64,000 bases of DNA from Candidatus Cloacimonadota bacterium (GCA_049903315.1 JBNGBT010000010.1:34868-98867); one strand, 5' to 3'; shown: positions 40,043 to 50,936, numbered from the stretch's first letter. Program-made: numbers and translations. Notes: generated from the sequence alone by a model not told the origin.

Positions 40043-41413
40043 CTATTTCGCAACAATAAGTTTTGAGAATTTTTGATACTGATCGGTTTGGACTTTCAGG
40101 AAATAAATTCCATTCGAAAGGTTTTTTGCGGGAATAATGATCGAGTGCTTTCCCGGATCAGCAATATTCTCTTTATGAGATTTTATTAATTGTCCCTTAC
40201 AATTATACACTGAAACATCCACCTTATTCATGTTTGCTCGTGTGAAATTAATTGAGATATTATCACATACGGGATTGGGAGAAAGTGTAAATGAGAACGG
40301 TTCTTCTTGAAAAACTTCATCGGTAGCGTAGGGCACAAGACTATCCAGATAAGCTCTATGCGCATCGGAAAATGAACAGGATGAATACACATCCCAGTTG
40401 ATCGACCAGGTCATCAAACCACGGAAATTAGGATATCCCGCCGGATTCGTAAGCTGGTACAACCCTCCAAATGACTCACCGAGTACAATATAATTCAATG
40501 CTTCATGCACGACATCTGCAGAAGTATAGCCGCTGCTTGCAGCATCCGGGCACGCAGGCAAACCTATTGCGACCTGATCCTGTTCGAGTGGATCAAAAGG
40601 GATGTGCTGTCCGTAGAAGTCAACAATGAAGCCACCCAGCAGCATATCAGCCATTGCCACATGGAAATCTGCAGTTGGCGGATAGTAGATATTTCCATCT
40701 GATCCGTACATTGAACCAGTATTATAGTGCTGTACATATATCATGGAAAGTTCGTTACGCACTGCATGCAGAAGCGGAAGATACCCACCATACACGCCGG
40801 CATACGTAAAATATGCACCCTGAACATAAGCAGTCTCAGGCGCCATGGTGAGAATGAAATCATTGGGATAGAGGTTGAGGAGTCCCTGCACCGCTTCGAT
40901 AAGAAATACGATATTCGGTGTGGTCGGATAGCGGTAATCATTATCTCCTGCATCAAGGAAAAGCGAACCGCCTTCAAGATCAATGTCCATGCCATCAAAT
41001 CCGTAAGAGTCTATTATCAGGGACATGGAAGTGATGAATTCCTGCACGTCTGTGCTGTTGTCAAAATGGATTGGGGCAGTTGCACCGCCAATCGAGATCA
41101 GCACTGCTTTTCCAAGAGATTGAAGATAGAGCACATCATCGATAAAATCCTGAGGATCGGGATACATGCCCGGATCAGGAATGAACTGCATGTTTGTTCC
41201 AAGCGGAACGTCCGGTATGGCGAAAGCTACATCAATCACATTGTATGCCAGCGGAATTTCGTCGAGGAGAAGGGGGGTTGGATTGGGATATTGCCAGTTA
41301 TGCCAGTAACCGATAAGCGCTTTATTGGGGATTTCGACTGCGCACACTGAAGATAAAGATGTTATCAACATGAATAATAAGAAAAAAGTAATCTTTAGAA
41401 TATTATTCTTCAT
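40043..41413 (-). CDS. GH18 chitinase with T9SS-type CTD
   Basis: IGYWHNW, LISIGGA, FDGMDIDLE (DxxDxDxE), RGLMTWSINWD; CTD SPNP...SNGIYFLKV...KLIVAK. Confidence 0.92.
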   Translation of the reverse strand: MKNNILKITFFLLFMLITSLSSVCAVEIPNKALIGYWHNWQYPNPTPLLLDEIPLAYNVIDVAFAIPDVPLGTNMQFIPDPGMYPDPQDFIDDVLYLQSLGKAVLISIGGATAPIHFDNSTDVQEFITSMSLIIDSYGFDGMDIDLEGGSLFLDAGDNDYRYPTTPNIVFLIEAVQGLLNLYPNDFILTMAPETAYVQGAYFTYAGVYGGYLPLLHAVRNELSMIYVQHYNTGSMYGSDGNIYYPPTADFHVAMADMLLGGFIVDFYGQHIPFDPLEQDQVAIGLPACPDAASSGYTSADVVHEALNYIVLGESFGGLYQLTNPAGYPNFRGLMTWSINWDVYSSCSFSDAHRAYLDSLVPYATDEVFQEEPFSFTLSPNPVCDNISINFTRANMNKVDVSVYNCKGQLIKSHKENIADPGKHSIIIPAKNLSNGIYFLKVQTDQYQKFSKLIVAK

Positions 41414-41491
41414 GATATTCTCCGGATATTATTTCCTCCAGAGTACTCATACACTGAAGACATTTTAGTCAAGTAATTCCCGAATTTGATC

Positions 41492-41519
41492 AGTTGTCAG
41501 GGAATGGTCCCTGACAACT
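41492..41519. repeat. Perfect 12-bp intergenic hairpin (REP-like or terminator-like)
   Basis: AGTTGTCAGGGA-ATGG-TCCCTGACAACT; no clear U-tract. Confidence 0.6.
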
Positions 41520-41565
41520 CATTATATTAATAAAAAAGCTGAGAAATCTAAATCAATAAATCTAT

Positions 41566-43038
41566 TTACTTCATCAAAATCATCTTCTTAAGAAATGATT
41601 TCTTGCCGGTTTCGAGTTTATAGAAATAGATGCCGTTCGCCAGTCTCTTTCCGTTTGCAGTGCCGTCCCATTCGACACAATGAGATGCAGAAGGATCGAG
41701 TTCCTCTTCGAGGAGTGTAGCAACTAACTGTCCTTTGAGATTATAAATAGACAAGGTCACGTAAGATGGCTCTTTTAAGCTGAATTCGAAGGTTGTGATA
41801 TTGAGGAAAGGGTTAGGGAAGTTGGGGTAGAGGGAGGTTTCTTCAAATGGTGTATGGTTAGCGGAGACATAATCAGATAACACAACATTCACTACCGTTG
41901 TATCAAACTCAGTAACTTCAACGTTATACACCCATTCCGCAGCATACCCATCGAGATAGAATTCCATGTCATACATTCCCTTATAAACGGGATTATACAG
42001 ATAGTAACCGTTCTCATCAGTCCAAACAGGATTATATCTTGCTTCATCAGCAGTTACCCTCACCATCTCAAGAGGTGTCCCATCTGAGTCTGTAACCATT
42101 CCTTCGATTGCCCCATAGTAAGCTAACCAGGATATGGGTTGAAGAACACTATAAATGTACCAATGGTTGAAATTATATGTGCTACCCCCATGTGAACGAA
42201 ATTTGAGTTGAATAGTTTGTCCTGCATATTGATGCATATTTTCATAAGTCCAATCCGATCCACCGGATACACCCCAGTCATCATTATAGTCGAGATCCCA
42301 TTCGAAGATCATATCTTCACCAGTATCGTGGATCACCCAGATCTCCATTACTTCACCTGTATCAGTACCATAATCATCGATATACATATTCACAACAAGG
42401 TCCCATATCCATTGCGGATTATTAGGAAGATTAAATCGTGGAGATATTAATGACATATCATAATCTACAACCGTGGGACTCCAATTAAGATATGCATAAT
42501 CCGGTGACCACATCCAGTTACCATCAGACGGGATTTCTCTCCATCCTGTAGTAGCCCAATCGGAATAAAAAGTCTCATAGAAACCTAATGATGAAATGTA
42601 GGGTATTGCAGTATCAGTGTTTGAAGGACAGGATTCGCCCTCTTGATAAACTGCGGTGACCCAGTAAGTATATTCTGCACCAACAGCAACAATATCGTCC
42701 GTAAATTCAGTATTGTCTGGACCTTCGATATAGGAAACAAATCCTTTGTCCTGCTCATAGATATTGTAACCAAGATGATTTAAATTGTTGTCAATAGAGG
42801 ATTGTATTACAATATGATTTCTGTTAATGACGGAAAGGTTAGTTTCTTGTTCAATTTTTTGTACTGTATCAGGTAAATCCCATTCGAGGTTTATGCATTC
42901 ACTTCCGCCAACTGCTGAAAAGTTTTGAGGGGGAGGTAGATAAAGTGTATCTTTTTGATCATCAGCGGAAAGCTGACTGTGACCGAAGCCATAGCTCAAT
43001 GTGAGGATTACTATGAATCCTATAACCATCTTCTTCAT
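41566..43038 (-). CDS. Secreted adhesin-like protein (FN3-like, MAM/cleaved-adhesin-like, carboxypeptidase-regulatory-like, FlgD/T9SS CTD)
   Basis: Signal peptide; PPQNFSA...W, YTYWVTAVY, GAIEGMVTDSDG; CTD NFPNPF...YNLKGQLV...GIYFYKL. Confidence 0.82.
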   Translation of the reverse strand: MKKMVIGFIVILTLSYGFGHSQLSADDQKDTLYLPPPQNFSAVGGSECINLEWDLPDTVQKIEQETNLSVINRNHIVIQSSIDNNLNHLGYNIYEQDKGFVSYIEGPDNTEFTDDIVAVGAEYTYWVTAVYQEGESCPSNTDTAIPYISSLGFYETFYSDWATTGWREIPSDGNWMWSPDYAYLNWSPTVVDYDMSLISPRFNLPNNPQWIWDLVVNMYIDDYGTDTGEVMEIWVIHDTGEDMIFEWDLDYNDDWGVSGGSDWTYENMHQYAGQTIQLKFRSHGGSTYNFNHWYIYSVLQPISWLAYYGAIEGMVTDSDGTPLEMVRVTADEARYNPVWTDENGYYLYNPVYKGMYDMEFYLDGYAAEWVYNVEVTEFDTTVVNVVLSDYVSANHTPFEETSLYPNFPNPFLNITTFEFSLKEPSYVTLSIYNLKGQLVATLLEEELDPSASHCVEWDGTANGKRLANGIYFYKLETGKKSFLKKMILMK

Positions 43039-43082
43039 AATAAAATCCTATATTTTTTCCATTTTATAAAAACTCGACTTTT

Positions 43083-46000
43083 CTACCTCATCAAAACCAT
43101 TTTCTTGAGAAATGATTTAGTGCCTGTTTCGAGTTTATAGAAATAGATGCCGTTCGCTAGTCTCTTTCCGTTTGCAGTGCCGTCCCACTCGACACAATGC
43201 GATGCGGAAGGTTCGAGCTCTTCATCGAGGAGCGTGGCAACTAATTGTCCTTTGAGATTATAAATAGAAAGCGTTACCCGAGAAGGTTCTTTTACGCTGA
43301 ATTCGAAGGTGGTGTTATTGAAAACAGGATTGGGGAAGTTGTTATATAGAAGAGTACTTTCAACACACGATTGATTGGTTGAGAACGAGTCGGTTACTAC
43401 AAGACAATAGGGAATTGATACAGTGGGCACGCTTTGTTGTGCGCTGAAAATTATTTCACCGGAGAAAACAGTTCCTGGTGGATCATCATAGGTATAAAAA
43501 TATACTATAACATCCACAAAATTGCCATAGGGAGGGACAATTCCGTTCTCAGGACCAACTACAACATGTGGATAGATTTGATATGGACCCAGTTCATAAC
43601 CGAACAGTAAGTCAGGTGAACCTTGGGTAAGACCACCAAGTACCCATGTTCCCGGCACAATCTCACCAGAGGTAAATAGACCACCTGCAATATATGAAGC
43701 TACACCAAAATCATTATCAACACTATGTGTTACACCTGTTAACGTTAAGGTGTTCAGATCATACTGCTCTATCTGACAGCCAGCACCGGTTGTTATACCT
43801 GTGAATATCCAAAGGAATGGCCCATCAATTGAAACATTATCATAGGCACAGCCATACATACTTGGTGGTGACGAGATTGTGTTCAGAACAGAACCCGCCC
43901 TGTCAATGAGTTTAAGGTCGGCATCCCAGTTATTTACCCAAAAAGCGTCATGTATTTCATCATACGCAATTGCACGGACAGCGACAGGTGACGTAATCGT
44001 TCCGTAGAGATTACCATCTTCATCGAACTGGTAGATGGTCGTTCCAGCATTAGAGCCATAGAAGTATTCTCCGTCGAATGCCATATCTCGTATACCACCT
44101 GTTCCTGTAATCCACGTAGGTTCCCAGCTTCCGGCATAGGTGCCATCATAATTCAATTTATAAACATTTCTCGTTGAGTAACCCCATTCTGAAACGAGGA
44201 AATATCCATTCCCGAATTCTGCGCCGGCAATTCCATAACCTCCGGTTGGGGTGTCAACATCATAATTGAACATGATATCCCATATCTCGTCCGAAGAAGG
44301 TGGTGTATGTATCACGGCATCAGGGTCGGATTCTGAATATATACTGAATGAATTATTTCTTATTTTAGATTTATCCGGTTCGTATCGATGGGCGGTTTTA
44401 TCCCATAAACTGATATACCAATCCAGATCGATTGTGCCGTTGTTGGTAATGGTTAGCGTTCTTGTTGTCGAACTATAGGGAGGCAATTCTACGTACAGAG
44501 AGTCAGGAGTAATTTCCATTGTGGGATTGCCAAGTACGGCATCAAGTAAAGTCGTGTCCCCTTCATCAATTTCGACATCGTAATACCACTGTATAGTATA
44601 GTCCTCATGATAAACTGGAATATCATATATGCCTACTTCAACAGGACCACTAAAATAATAACCATCTTCATTAGTATATACTATACCGCCACCTATTGCA
44701 ACTTGAGCATTCTGTATGGGATTGCCATCGTAATCAGTAACCGTACCTTCGAGTGCACCGTAAGGAGCAATATATCCCATGTACGCGAGAAGTACTTCAT
44801 AAATATACCAATAGTTAATATTGTAGGTACTTCCACCATGTGATCGAAACTTAAGTTGAACTGTTTGTCCAGCATATTGAAACATGTCTTCATAAATCCA
44901 ATCTGTTCCACCGGATGTACCCCAGTCATCATTTTCGTCGAGATCCCATTCAAAGATCAAATCTTCATCAGTGTCATGAATCACCCAGATTTCCATAACC
45001 TCACCTGTGTCTGCAGAATAGTCATCGATATACATACTTACGGTAAGGTCAAAAATATCTAACGGATCGTTTGGGAGGGGGATCATGGGTGATATCAAAG
45101 ACATATCATAGTCCAGAACTGCTGGACTCCAGTAAAGATATGCACATCCGGAATACCATGACCAGTTGTTAGGATAACCTTGAGTTGTCCATCCTGTTGT
45201 TGCCCAATTAGACCCGAAAGTTTCATGGTATCCTATCCCATATGGCGGAAGAGGTGTTGCAGTAGCAGTATTTGAAGGAACTGATTCACCAAGGTCATAC
45301 ATCGCAGTTACCCAGTATGTGTACTCCGTACCAATAGCAACAAATTCATCTATACCATTCGTGTTGTTTTCACCTTCTATGTAAGCTATAAAACCTTTAT
45401 TTAACTCATATAGATTGTATCCGTGAAGTGTTATATCTTTTGGAAGCTTAAAGCTGAGTTCCTTATCTTCGTTGAATGTGTAATGAGAGACTTCTCTATT
45501 GCCCGTGTCGATAGAATGTCCGCTTTGAGCAAATATACTTTCAGATAATATTTGTCCCTTTTCGAAAGCAGAATTATCAACCGAACGGAATTTCACTTCA
45601 GGTTCTTTTCCAAGCCGGTATGTGTCGTAGGCAAGTTCGATGTTTCTTCCGCGAACCATAGCCGTGGCACGGATAGCGAATACCCCGGGATCACTTGCAG
45701 CAGCAACATGAAGAAGCTGCCATGTTCCACCACTCAAGTACCAATCGTAACCTGAGTTTGCATTTGGACCGTTCTCGTCAAAGCCAACATAATTGGTCTC
45801 AGTCGGAAGATCATCCCAGTGTATCATTGCATAAAATTCACCTAAGAAGGGAATGTGCGGAGCAGGCACTGTTATCCAGCCATTAGAAGGAATTACGAAT
45901 GGATCAGTAGTTCCAACTAAGTTGCGGTCAGAGTCATACACATCTATCGTGACAGACTCGCCACCGGTTCCTGCATTTGCATCTCCGTATACTTCGAAGC

Positions 46001-48668
46001 TGACGATTTCACCACCATCAGTAGTCGGGAACAGGTTACCAAGCCATGCTTCATAACCAGGATTGATTGCCCAACCATTTTCATAGGTGCCGTCATCAAG
46101 AACATAATCAACCTGGGTTCCACCGCCGCCACCACCGGTCTGCGGCTTATCCCAATCCAGATATATGCAGCCGTTTCCCCCAGTTGCAGTTAAGTTTTCC
46201 GGTGGGGGACCATTAAATAACAATTCAACATCTATAATTAAAGCCCAATTTTCATCAAGCATCACATCATATACCCAGTAGGGATTGAACCACTCTTTAT
46301 AAAAAAGTATATCGTAAGTTCCGGCTACGATAGAATCAAACGAATAATATCCATACATATCAGTATATGTTATAAAGTTACCGACTTTTACCATTACATT
46401 TTCAAGGGGGTCATTATTATACGTTACGTTTCCCAAGAGCCCCATAGCTTCGTTATTGATGTTAAGTGTTAAAGGAATCGTTATATCTGATGCACCATAA
46501 AGAAGTGCGTTGTTGTGTACAATAAGATCCGCGTTATACGTGCCGGGAGTGAGTTGAGGGTCTCCATAACAGGTTACGGTTACCGTATGTGTTAGCCCGG
46601 GAGTGATAGAACCGCTATCAGGATGAGTACTTAGAATAATCAGACTATCCGCATTTTGGATATCTATATCCCATTCCAGGTTTGATGCCTGCGGATCGGT
46701 AGCAGTGTTGGAGATGTAAAGTTCAATTTGTGCTGTATCACCACTTTGATATATGATACCAAACTGGAGAGAATTCGGATCAACATCGATCTCCGGGGAA
46801 GGAATATGATCAAAGATAACAGTATAATAAGTGGTATTTTCACCTCTTATTTGAGTCTTTCTGGATACATTATCTTCGAGTATTTCATCCCATTTTCCGA
46901 GTATCCAGTAATAGGTGCCGTCCTCGAGAATGCGGTATTGCAAATATTCGCTACCACCTTCTGCAAAAGCATCTGCAAAGGCGAGTTCTGTTGAATCTGC
47001 GTCAACGAGTTTGATCGCACCATCGAACTCGGTCTCATCCGAAGGCAGCTCGAATGAACAGGACATAATATCACCCTCAAGGCAGTCGATTTGATAGATG
47101 TCGATGTCTTTGTCTTTATAATAGGGATCGTAGTATATCTGTACTTCATCAGACGAGAAAGAGTAGTTGGCAGGAGTTGCATCGACCATGTAGTCGTTCG
47201 GCTCGTAGGGATCGCGCGGATGGCAGGTTGCTAAAGAGAGTACTTGCTTTTTTAGGGTACTATCTTCACGGGAGGTTATTATAACGGGAGTAAGTTGTGC
47301 ATGATCGAGTTCTGTATATGCTGGTAAAAAAACATGAAGCGTGAAGTTCCCTGTTTCACCGGGATCAAGCAATATGAAGTATTCACTTAATGTTATTGGC
47401 CAGTTGTTTCCAGGAGATGGAGATGGAGCATTATATTCACTAATTTCAACATCATCTATATACAATCCGGCACGATTAACAACTGTTGTGGCGTAAAGTG
47501 TAAAATTGATCTCGACATCTGATAATCCATCGTAAGCTGCAAGGTCGAGTTCTACATATTCCCATGCTGTACCGGGATATGAGTCGATCGTTAAAAATAT
47601 ATCTCCATTGACGGAAACATCGCAATAGTCCCATGATCCAAAGATGTCAGACCAATACCAGAATGACATATATGCGTCATCGACATCCTCAAAATCTACA
47701 GTCTTACTCACATAGCTATAATCACCGGAATTAGTATAGTCACCATTGGGTACGGTAGCCCAGAGCCCCGTACCGGAATGTGCTGCTGGAGGAGGAATAT
47801 TTGCACCGGTGTAATTATTGACATTATATTCATTTGTCCATGCCCAATCACCGACCGGATCCCAATCTGACGACGCTACCCAACCTCCATCATCGATTTC
47901 GAAATCATAAAAACCTACAGGTTCTACTTGATTATGATGATGAATATGATTATAATCAATAGTGAGAAAGTATCTGTCTAATTGTACCCCATGATTTGTA
48001 ATCTCATACTGAAAATTGAGATAATTATCTGGACCGATATGATCAGAGATGAAGGAAGGTTCAACTGTGAAATTGAGAGGGAGATAAGGAGCAGGCATGA
48101 TGATGTTATCAAGTCCAACACCCCGGGATTCATTGTTCACCTCGCTGTGATGACGCCATCGTATTTTTGCATCATTACCAATATAAGTATCCGGAATGGG
48201 GAAAGACACTTCTTCATAGTCTGTCATGGGTGCGGTTGCAGAGAGTGTGCCGATACATTCCCAATCCGGTATCGGATCAAGATAGGTATTGGAAATCTCT
48301 ATAAAGAGGGTATCGCCGGTGATAATATCGGTTCCTTTGGCTTCGTAAAGATTGTCATTTCTCCAGAAAAAACTGATAGAATCTGCACTCTCGATAATAA
48401 GACGTGGTGAGATAAGGATCGCATCTGCATTGTGGTACCAGCTGCACCGTGCATATCCTTCGCCTTCATACGCTTCAGTTGTAAAACGGTTCCAATGATC
48501 TCCGGGATTTTCCCAGCCGAATGGCGGGAAAGTAGTATCTTCAAATCCTTCCAATATATATTCGCCATCTTCCGCAGGTGTAGTATTATCAGATGAAAAG
48601 AGCAGCGTGACATTTGATAGCATCAATATAATTAAAAAAATGTAAATGAAATAAAATATTTTTTTCAT
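43083..48668 (-). CDS. Large (~1860 aa) multidomain secreted adhesin-like protein with FlgD/T9SS CTD
   Basis: GFEDTTFPPFGW (cleaved-adhesin-like), YDFEIDDGGW, DPYEPND (PPC-like), split FN3, a propeller-like region and CTD. Start taken at ATG 48668 after GAGGAG. Confidence 0.85.
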   Translation of the reverse strand: MKKIFYFIYIFLIILMLSNVTLLFSSDNTTPAEDGEYILEGFEDTTFPPFGWENPGDHWNRFTTEAYEGEGYARCSWYHNADAILISPRLIIESADSISFFWRNDNLYEAKGTDIITGDTLFIEISNTYLDPIPDWECIGTLSATAPMTDYEEVSFPIPDTYIGNDAKIRWRHHSEVNNESRGVGLDNIIMPAPYLPLNFTVEPSFISDHIGPDNYLNFQYEITNHGVQLDRYFLTIDYNHIHHHNQVEPVGFYDFEIDDGGWVASSDWDPVGDWAWTNEYNVNNYTGANIPPPAAHSGTGLWATVPNGDYTNSGDYSYVSKTVDFEDVDDAYMSFWYWSDIFGSWDYCDVSVNGDIFLTIDSYPGTAWEYVELDLAAYDGLSDVEINFTLYATTVVNRAGLYIDDVEISEYNAPSPSPGNNWPITLSEYFILLDPGETGNFTLHVFLPAYTELDHAQLTPVIITSREDSTLKKQVLSLATCHPRDPYEPNDYMVDATPANYSFSSDEVQIYYDPYYKDKDIDIYQIDCLEGDIMSCSFELPSDETEFDGAIKLVDADSTELAFADAFAEGGSEYLQYRILEDGTYYWILGKWDEILEDNVSRKTQIRGENTTYYTVIFDHIPSPEIDVDPNSLQFGIIYQSGDTAQIELYISNTATDPQASNLEWDIDIQNADSLIILSTHPDSGSITPGLTHTVTVTCYGDPQLTPGTYNADLIVHNNALLYGASDITIPLTLNINNEAMGLLGNVTYNNDPLENVMVKVGNFITYTDMYGYYSFDSIVAGTYDILFYKEWFNPYWVYDVMLDENWALIIDVELLFNGPPPENLTATGGNGCIYLDWDKPQTGGGGGGTQVDYVLDDGTYENGWAINPGYEAWLGNLFPTTDGGEIVSFEVYGDANAGTGGESVTIDVYDSDRNLVGTTDPFVIPSNGWITVPAPHIPFLGEFYAMIHWDDLPTETNYVGFDENGPNANSGYDWYLSGGTWQLLHVAAASDPGVFAIRATAMVRGRNIELAYDTYRLGKEPEVKFRSVDNSAFEKGQILSESIFAQSGHSIDTGNREVSHYTFNEDKELSFKLPKDITLHGYNLYELNKGFIAYIEGENNTNGIDEFVAIGTEYTYWVTAMYDLGESVPSNTATATPLPPYGIGYHETFGSNWATTGWTTQGYPNNWSWYSGCAYLYWSPAVLDYDMSLISPMIPLPNDPLDIFDLTVSMYIDDYSADTGEVMEIWVIHDTDEDLIFEWDLDENDDWGTSGGTDWIYEDMFQYAGQTVQLKFRSHGGSTYNINYWYIYEVLLAYMGYIAPYGALEGTVTDYDGNPIQNAQVAIGGGIVYTNEDGYYFSGPVEVGIYDIPVYHEDYTIQWYYDVEIDEGDTTLLDAVLGNPTMEITPDSLYVELPPYSSTTRTLTITNNGTIDLDWYISLWDKTAHRYEPDKSKIRNNSFSIYSESDPDAVIHTPPSSDEIWDIMFNYDVDTPTGGYGIAGAEFGNGYFLVSEWGYSTRNVYKLNYDGTYAGSWEPTWITGTGGIRDMAFDGEYFYGSNAGTTIYQFDEDGNLYGTITSPVAVRAIAYDEIHDAFWVNNWDADLKLIDRAGSVLNTISSPPSMYGCAYDNVSIDGPFLWIFTGITTGAGCQIEQYDLNTLTLTGVTHSVDNDFGVASYIAGGLFTSGEIVPGTWVLGGLTQGSPDLLFGYELGPYQIYPHVVVGPENGIVPPYGNFVDVIVYFYTYDDPPGTVFSGEIIFSAQQSVPTVSIPYCLVVTDSFSTNQSCVESTLLYNNFPNPVFNNTTFEFSVKEPSRVTLSIYNLKGQLVATLLDEELEPSASHCVEWDGTANGKRLANGIYFYKLETGTKSFLKKMVLMR

Positions 48669-48705
48669 ATTACTCCTCAATTAATTGCAATACATTTTGC
48701 GTATT

Positions 48706-50667
48706 CTACTTCATCAAAACCATTTTCTTCAGCAATGATTTTTTATCCGTTTCGAGTTTATAGAAGTAGATGCCGTTCGCCAGTTTCTTTCCGTTTGCAG
48801 ATCCGTCCCATTCGATGCGATGCGATGCTGTCTGTTCGAGCTCATCATCCAGAAGCGTGGCAACTAATTGTCCTTTGAGATTATATACTGATAATGTTAC
48901 CCAAGATGACCCCTCTAAGCTAAACTCGAAGGTTGTGTTGTTGAGGATGGGATTGGGTAAGTTGGGATGGAGAGCTGTGGCGTAATTAACGCAATTATCA
49001 TCTTCTCCAACTGGAACTGTTGCACTGGCAACATTCGAGGGGCCGGATTCTCCAAGATCATACACTGCGGTTACCCAGTATGTATACTCAGTTCCGGGAG
49101 TTACAGGTTCATCCATAAAACTTGTGCAACATTCAAGACAATAACCTATGAAACCTCTTTCTATTTCATAAATATTGTATCCCAGGAGTATTGGATCGGG
49201 CAGGGACTTAAGACCATGTCCCTGATTATTATTGGGTGTGATGTTCATTATTTTGTAATTTTTCGCTACAATGGTATGATTACTCTGCGAAAATACATTT
49301 TTAGTAATTTTTTGTAAATTTCTGGATGTTGAAATATCTTTATGCTGCGATTTAACTTCAGGATTTTTTTGGGTGTGTGATATATTATAAGTGATTTCAT
49401 TGCTTTGGTCGGGAAGCATTGCAGTAGTACGTATTGCAAAAACTCCGGAATTACACGATACAGCTTCATGAAAGAGCTGCCAGTTCGTTCCGTCATAATA
49501 CCAGTCACAATTTGAGTTTGACCATGGTCCGTTCTCGTCGAAACCAACATAATTTGTGGAAGTCGGCAGATCATCCCAGTGGATCATTGCATAGAAATCA
49601 CCGGAAAAGGGAATGTGCGGAGCAGGCACTGTTGTCCAGTAATTAGCAGGTATGACAAATGTATTACTGCTTCCAATATAATTTCTATCTGAATCAAATA
49701 CATCGACCCAGACATTCATACCTCCGGCTGACACATTTTCATCACCGTACACTTCAAAGCTTACTATCTCACCTGTGTCAATTGTAGAAAATAAGTTGCC
49801 GGTCCAGGCATCAGCTCCAGGATCGATACCCCAGCTGTTTTCATACGATCCGTCATCGAGAACATAATCAACCTGAGTACTTCCCCCGCCAGTTTGAGGA
49901 GAATCCCATTCCAGAAATATACAGGTGTTTTGACCTGTTGCGGTGAAATTTTCAGGTGGAGGTAGATAGAGGGGTATATCAAAAGAAATGTATAATACCC
50001 ATCCCGGATTTAGGTAAACACCATACGCACACACGAGTAAATATTCCTCGTAGTAAAAATACACATCATAAAATCCTGAAGGTATTGCATAATCTCCAAA
50101 AGAAAAGAAGCCGTTTTCGTCAGTGTATGTTTGAAAATTTCCACATATAACAAGCACTCCTTCCAGTCCAAAACCTCCATATGTTACCGTACCTGCTAAT
50201 CCGCCACATTCCTCGGAATAATAAAGAGTTATGGGTATAGAAATATCCGATGCACCATTTGGTAATGCATTATTATGAACAATGATATCGGCGGTATATA
50301 TGCCTGGAGTGATTGGAGGATCACTATACCACGTTACAATAACAGTTTGTGTTTGGCCGGGAGCGATAGTGCCGCTGTCAGGGGAAGCAGTAAGAATGAT
50401 CAGACTATCCATTGTGAGGATTTCGATATTCCATTCCAGGTTTTCTGCTTGTGGATCGGTGTTCGTATTTGAGATGCGCAGTTCATCGGAAACAGAGCCA
50501 CCTGTGCCTGCAATCATGCCAAGTGTAAGTTCTGCCGGCTCGATATCGATTTCAGGTGGTGTGAGCGGTAAGATTGAATTAGATATTTGGTTTTCTAATG
50601 ATCCTGCCGTACACAATGAAGCACAGAGCAACGTAATGGTTGTTAATAAAGTTAGTATTTTTTTCAT
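48706..50667 (-). CDS. Secreted adhesin-like paralog with FlgD/T9SS CTD
   Basis: Shares PEIDI.P, HNNAL..GASDI, QVDYVLDDG.YEN.W, FYAMIHWDDLPT and the CTD with the large neighbour; GGAGG RBS. Confidence 0.85.
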   Translation of the reverse strand: MKKILTLLTTITLLCASLCTAGSLENQISNSILPLTPPEIDIEPAELTLGMIAGTGGSVSDELRISNTNTDPQAENLEWNIEILTMDSLIILTASPDSGTIAPGQTQTVIVTWYSDPPITPGIYTADIIVHNNALPNGASDISIPITLYYSEECGGLAGTVTYGGFGLEGVLVICGNFQTYTDENGFFSFGDYAIPSGFYDVYFYYEEYLLVCAYGVYLNPGWVLYISFDIPLYLPPPENFTATGQNTCIFLEWDSPQTGGGSTQVDYVLDDGSYENSWGIDPGADAWTGNLFSTIDTGEIVSFEVYGDENVSAGGMNVWVDVFDSDRNYIGSSNTFVIPANYWTTVPAPHIPFSGDFYAMIHWDDLPTSTNYVGFDENGPWSNSNCDWYYDGTNWQLFHEAVSCNSGVFAIRTTAMLPDQSNEITYNISHTQKNPEVKSQHKDISTSRNLQKITKNVFSQSNHTIVAKNYKIMNITPNNNQGHGLKSLPDPILLGYNIYEIERGFIGYCLECCTSFMDEPVTPGTEYTYWVTAVYDLGESGPSNVASATVPVGEDDNCVNYATALHPNLPNPILNNTTFEFSLEGSSWVTLSVYNLKGQLVATLLDDELEQTASHRIEWDGSANGKKLANGIYFYKLETDKKSLLKKMVLMK

Positions 50668-50936
50668 GTATCCTCCCTGCCTTTAAGCTAATAAAGGTCG
50701 CTTAGTTCAAATATCTCCATTCTTCTCATTGTTTTTACCTGCCGAACAATGTTAAAAAGAAGTATTTCATCATAATATGTCAAATATATATTAATCCCGA
50801 TTTGTCTATATATTACATTTTAGGAAATACGAGATCTATGCTGGCTAAAAAAAGTGATTAAAGAGAGACGTAATTCATAAAAACTGAGAAATATCTTTAA
50901 ATTTTAATTCAGAGATTTTATAATGTGTGTTCGTTA

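Noticed and set aside
40727..41350. 207-aa plus-strand ORF
   Set aside because: Antisense shadow of the GH18 chitinase gene.
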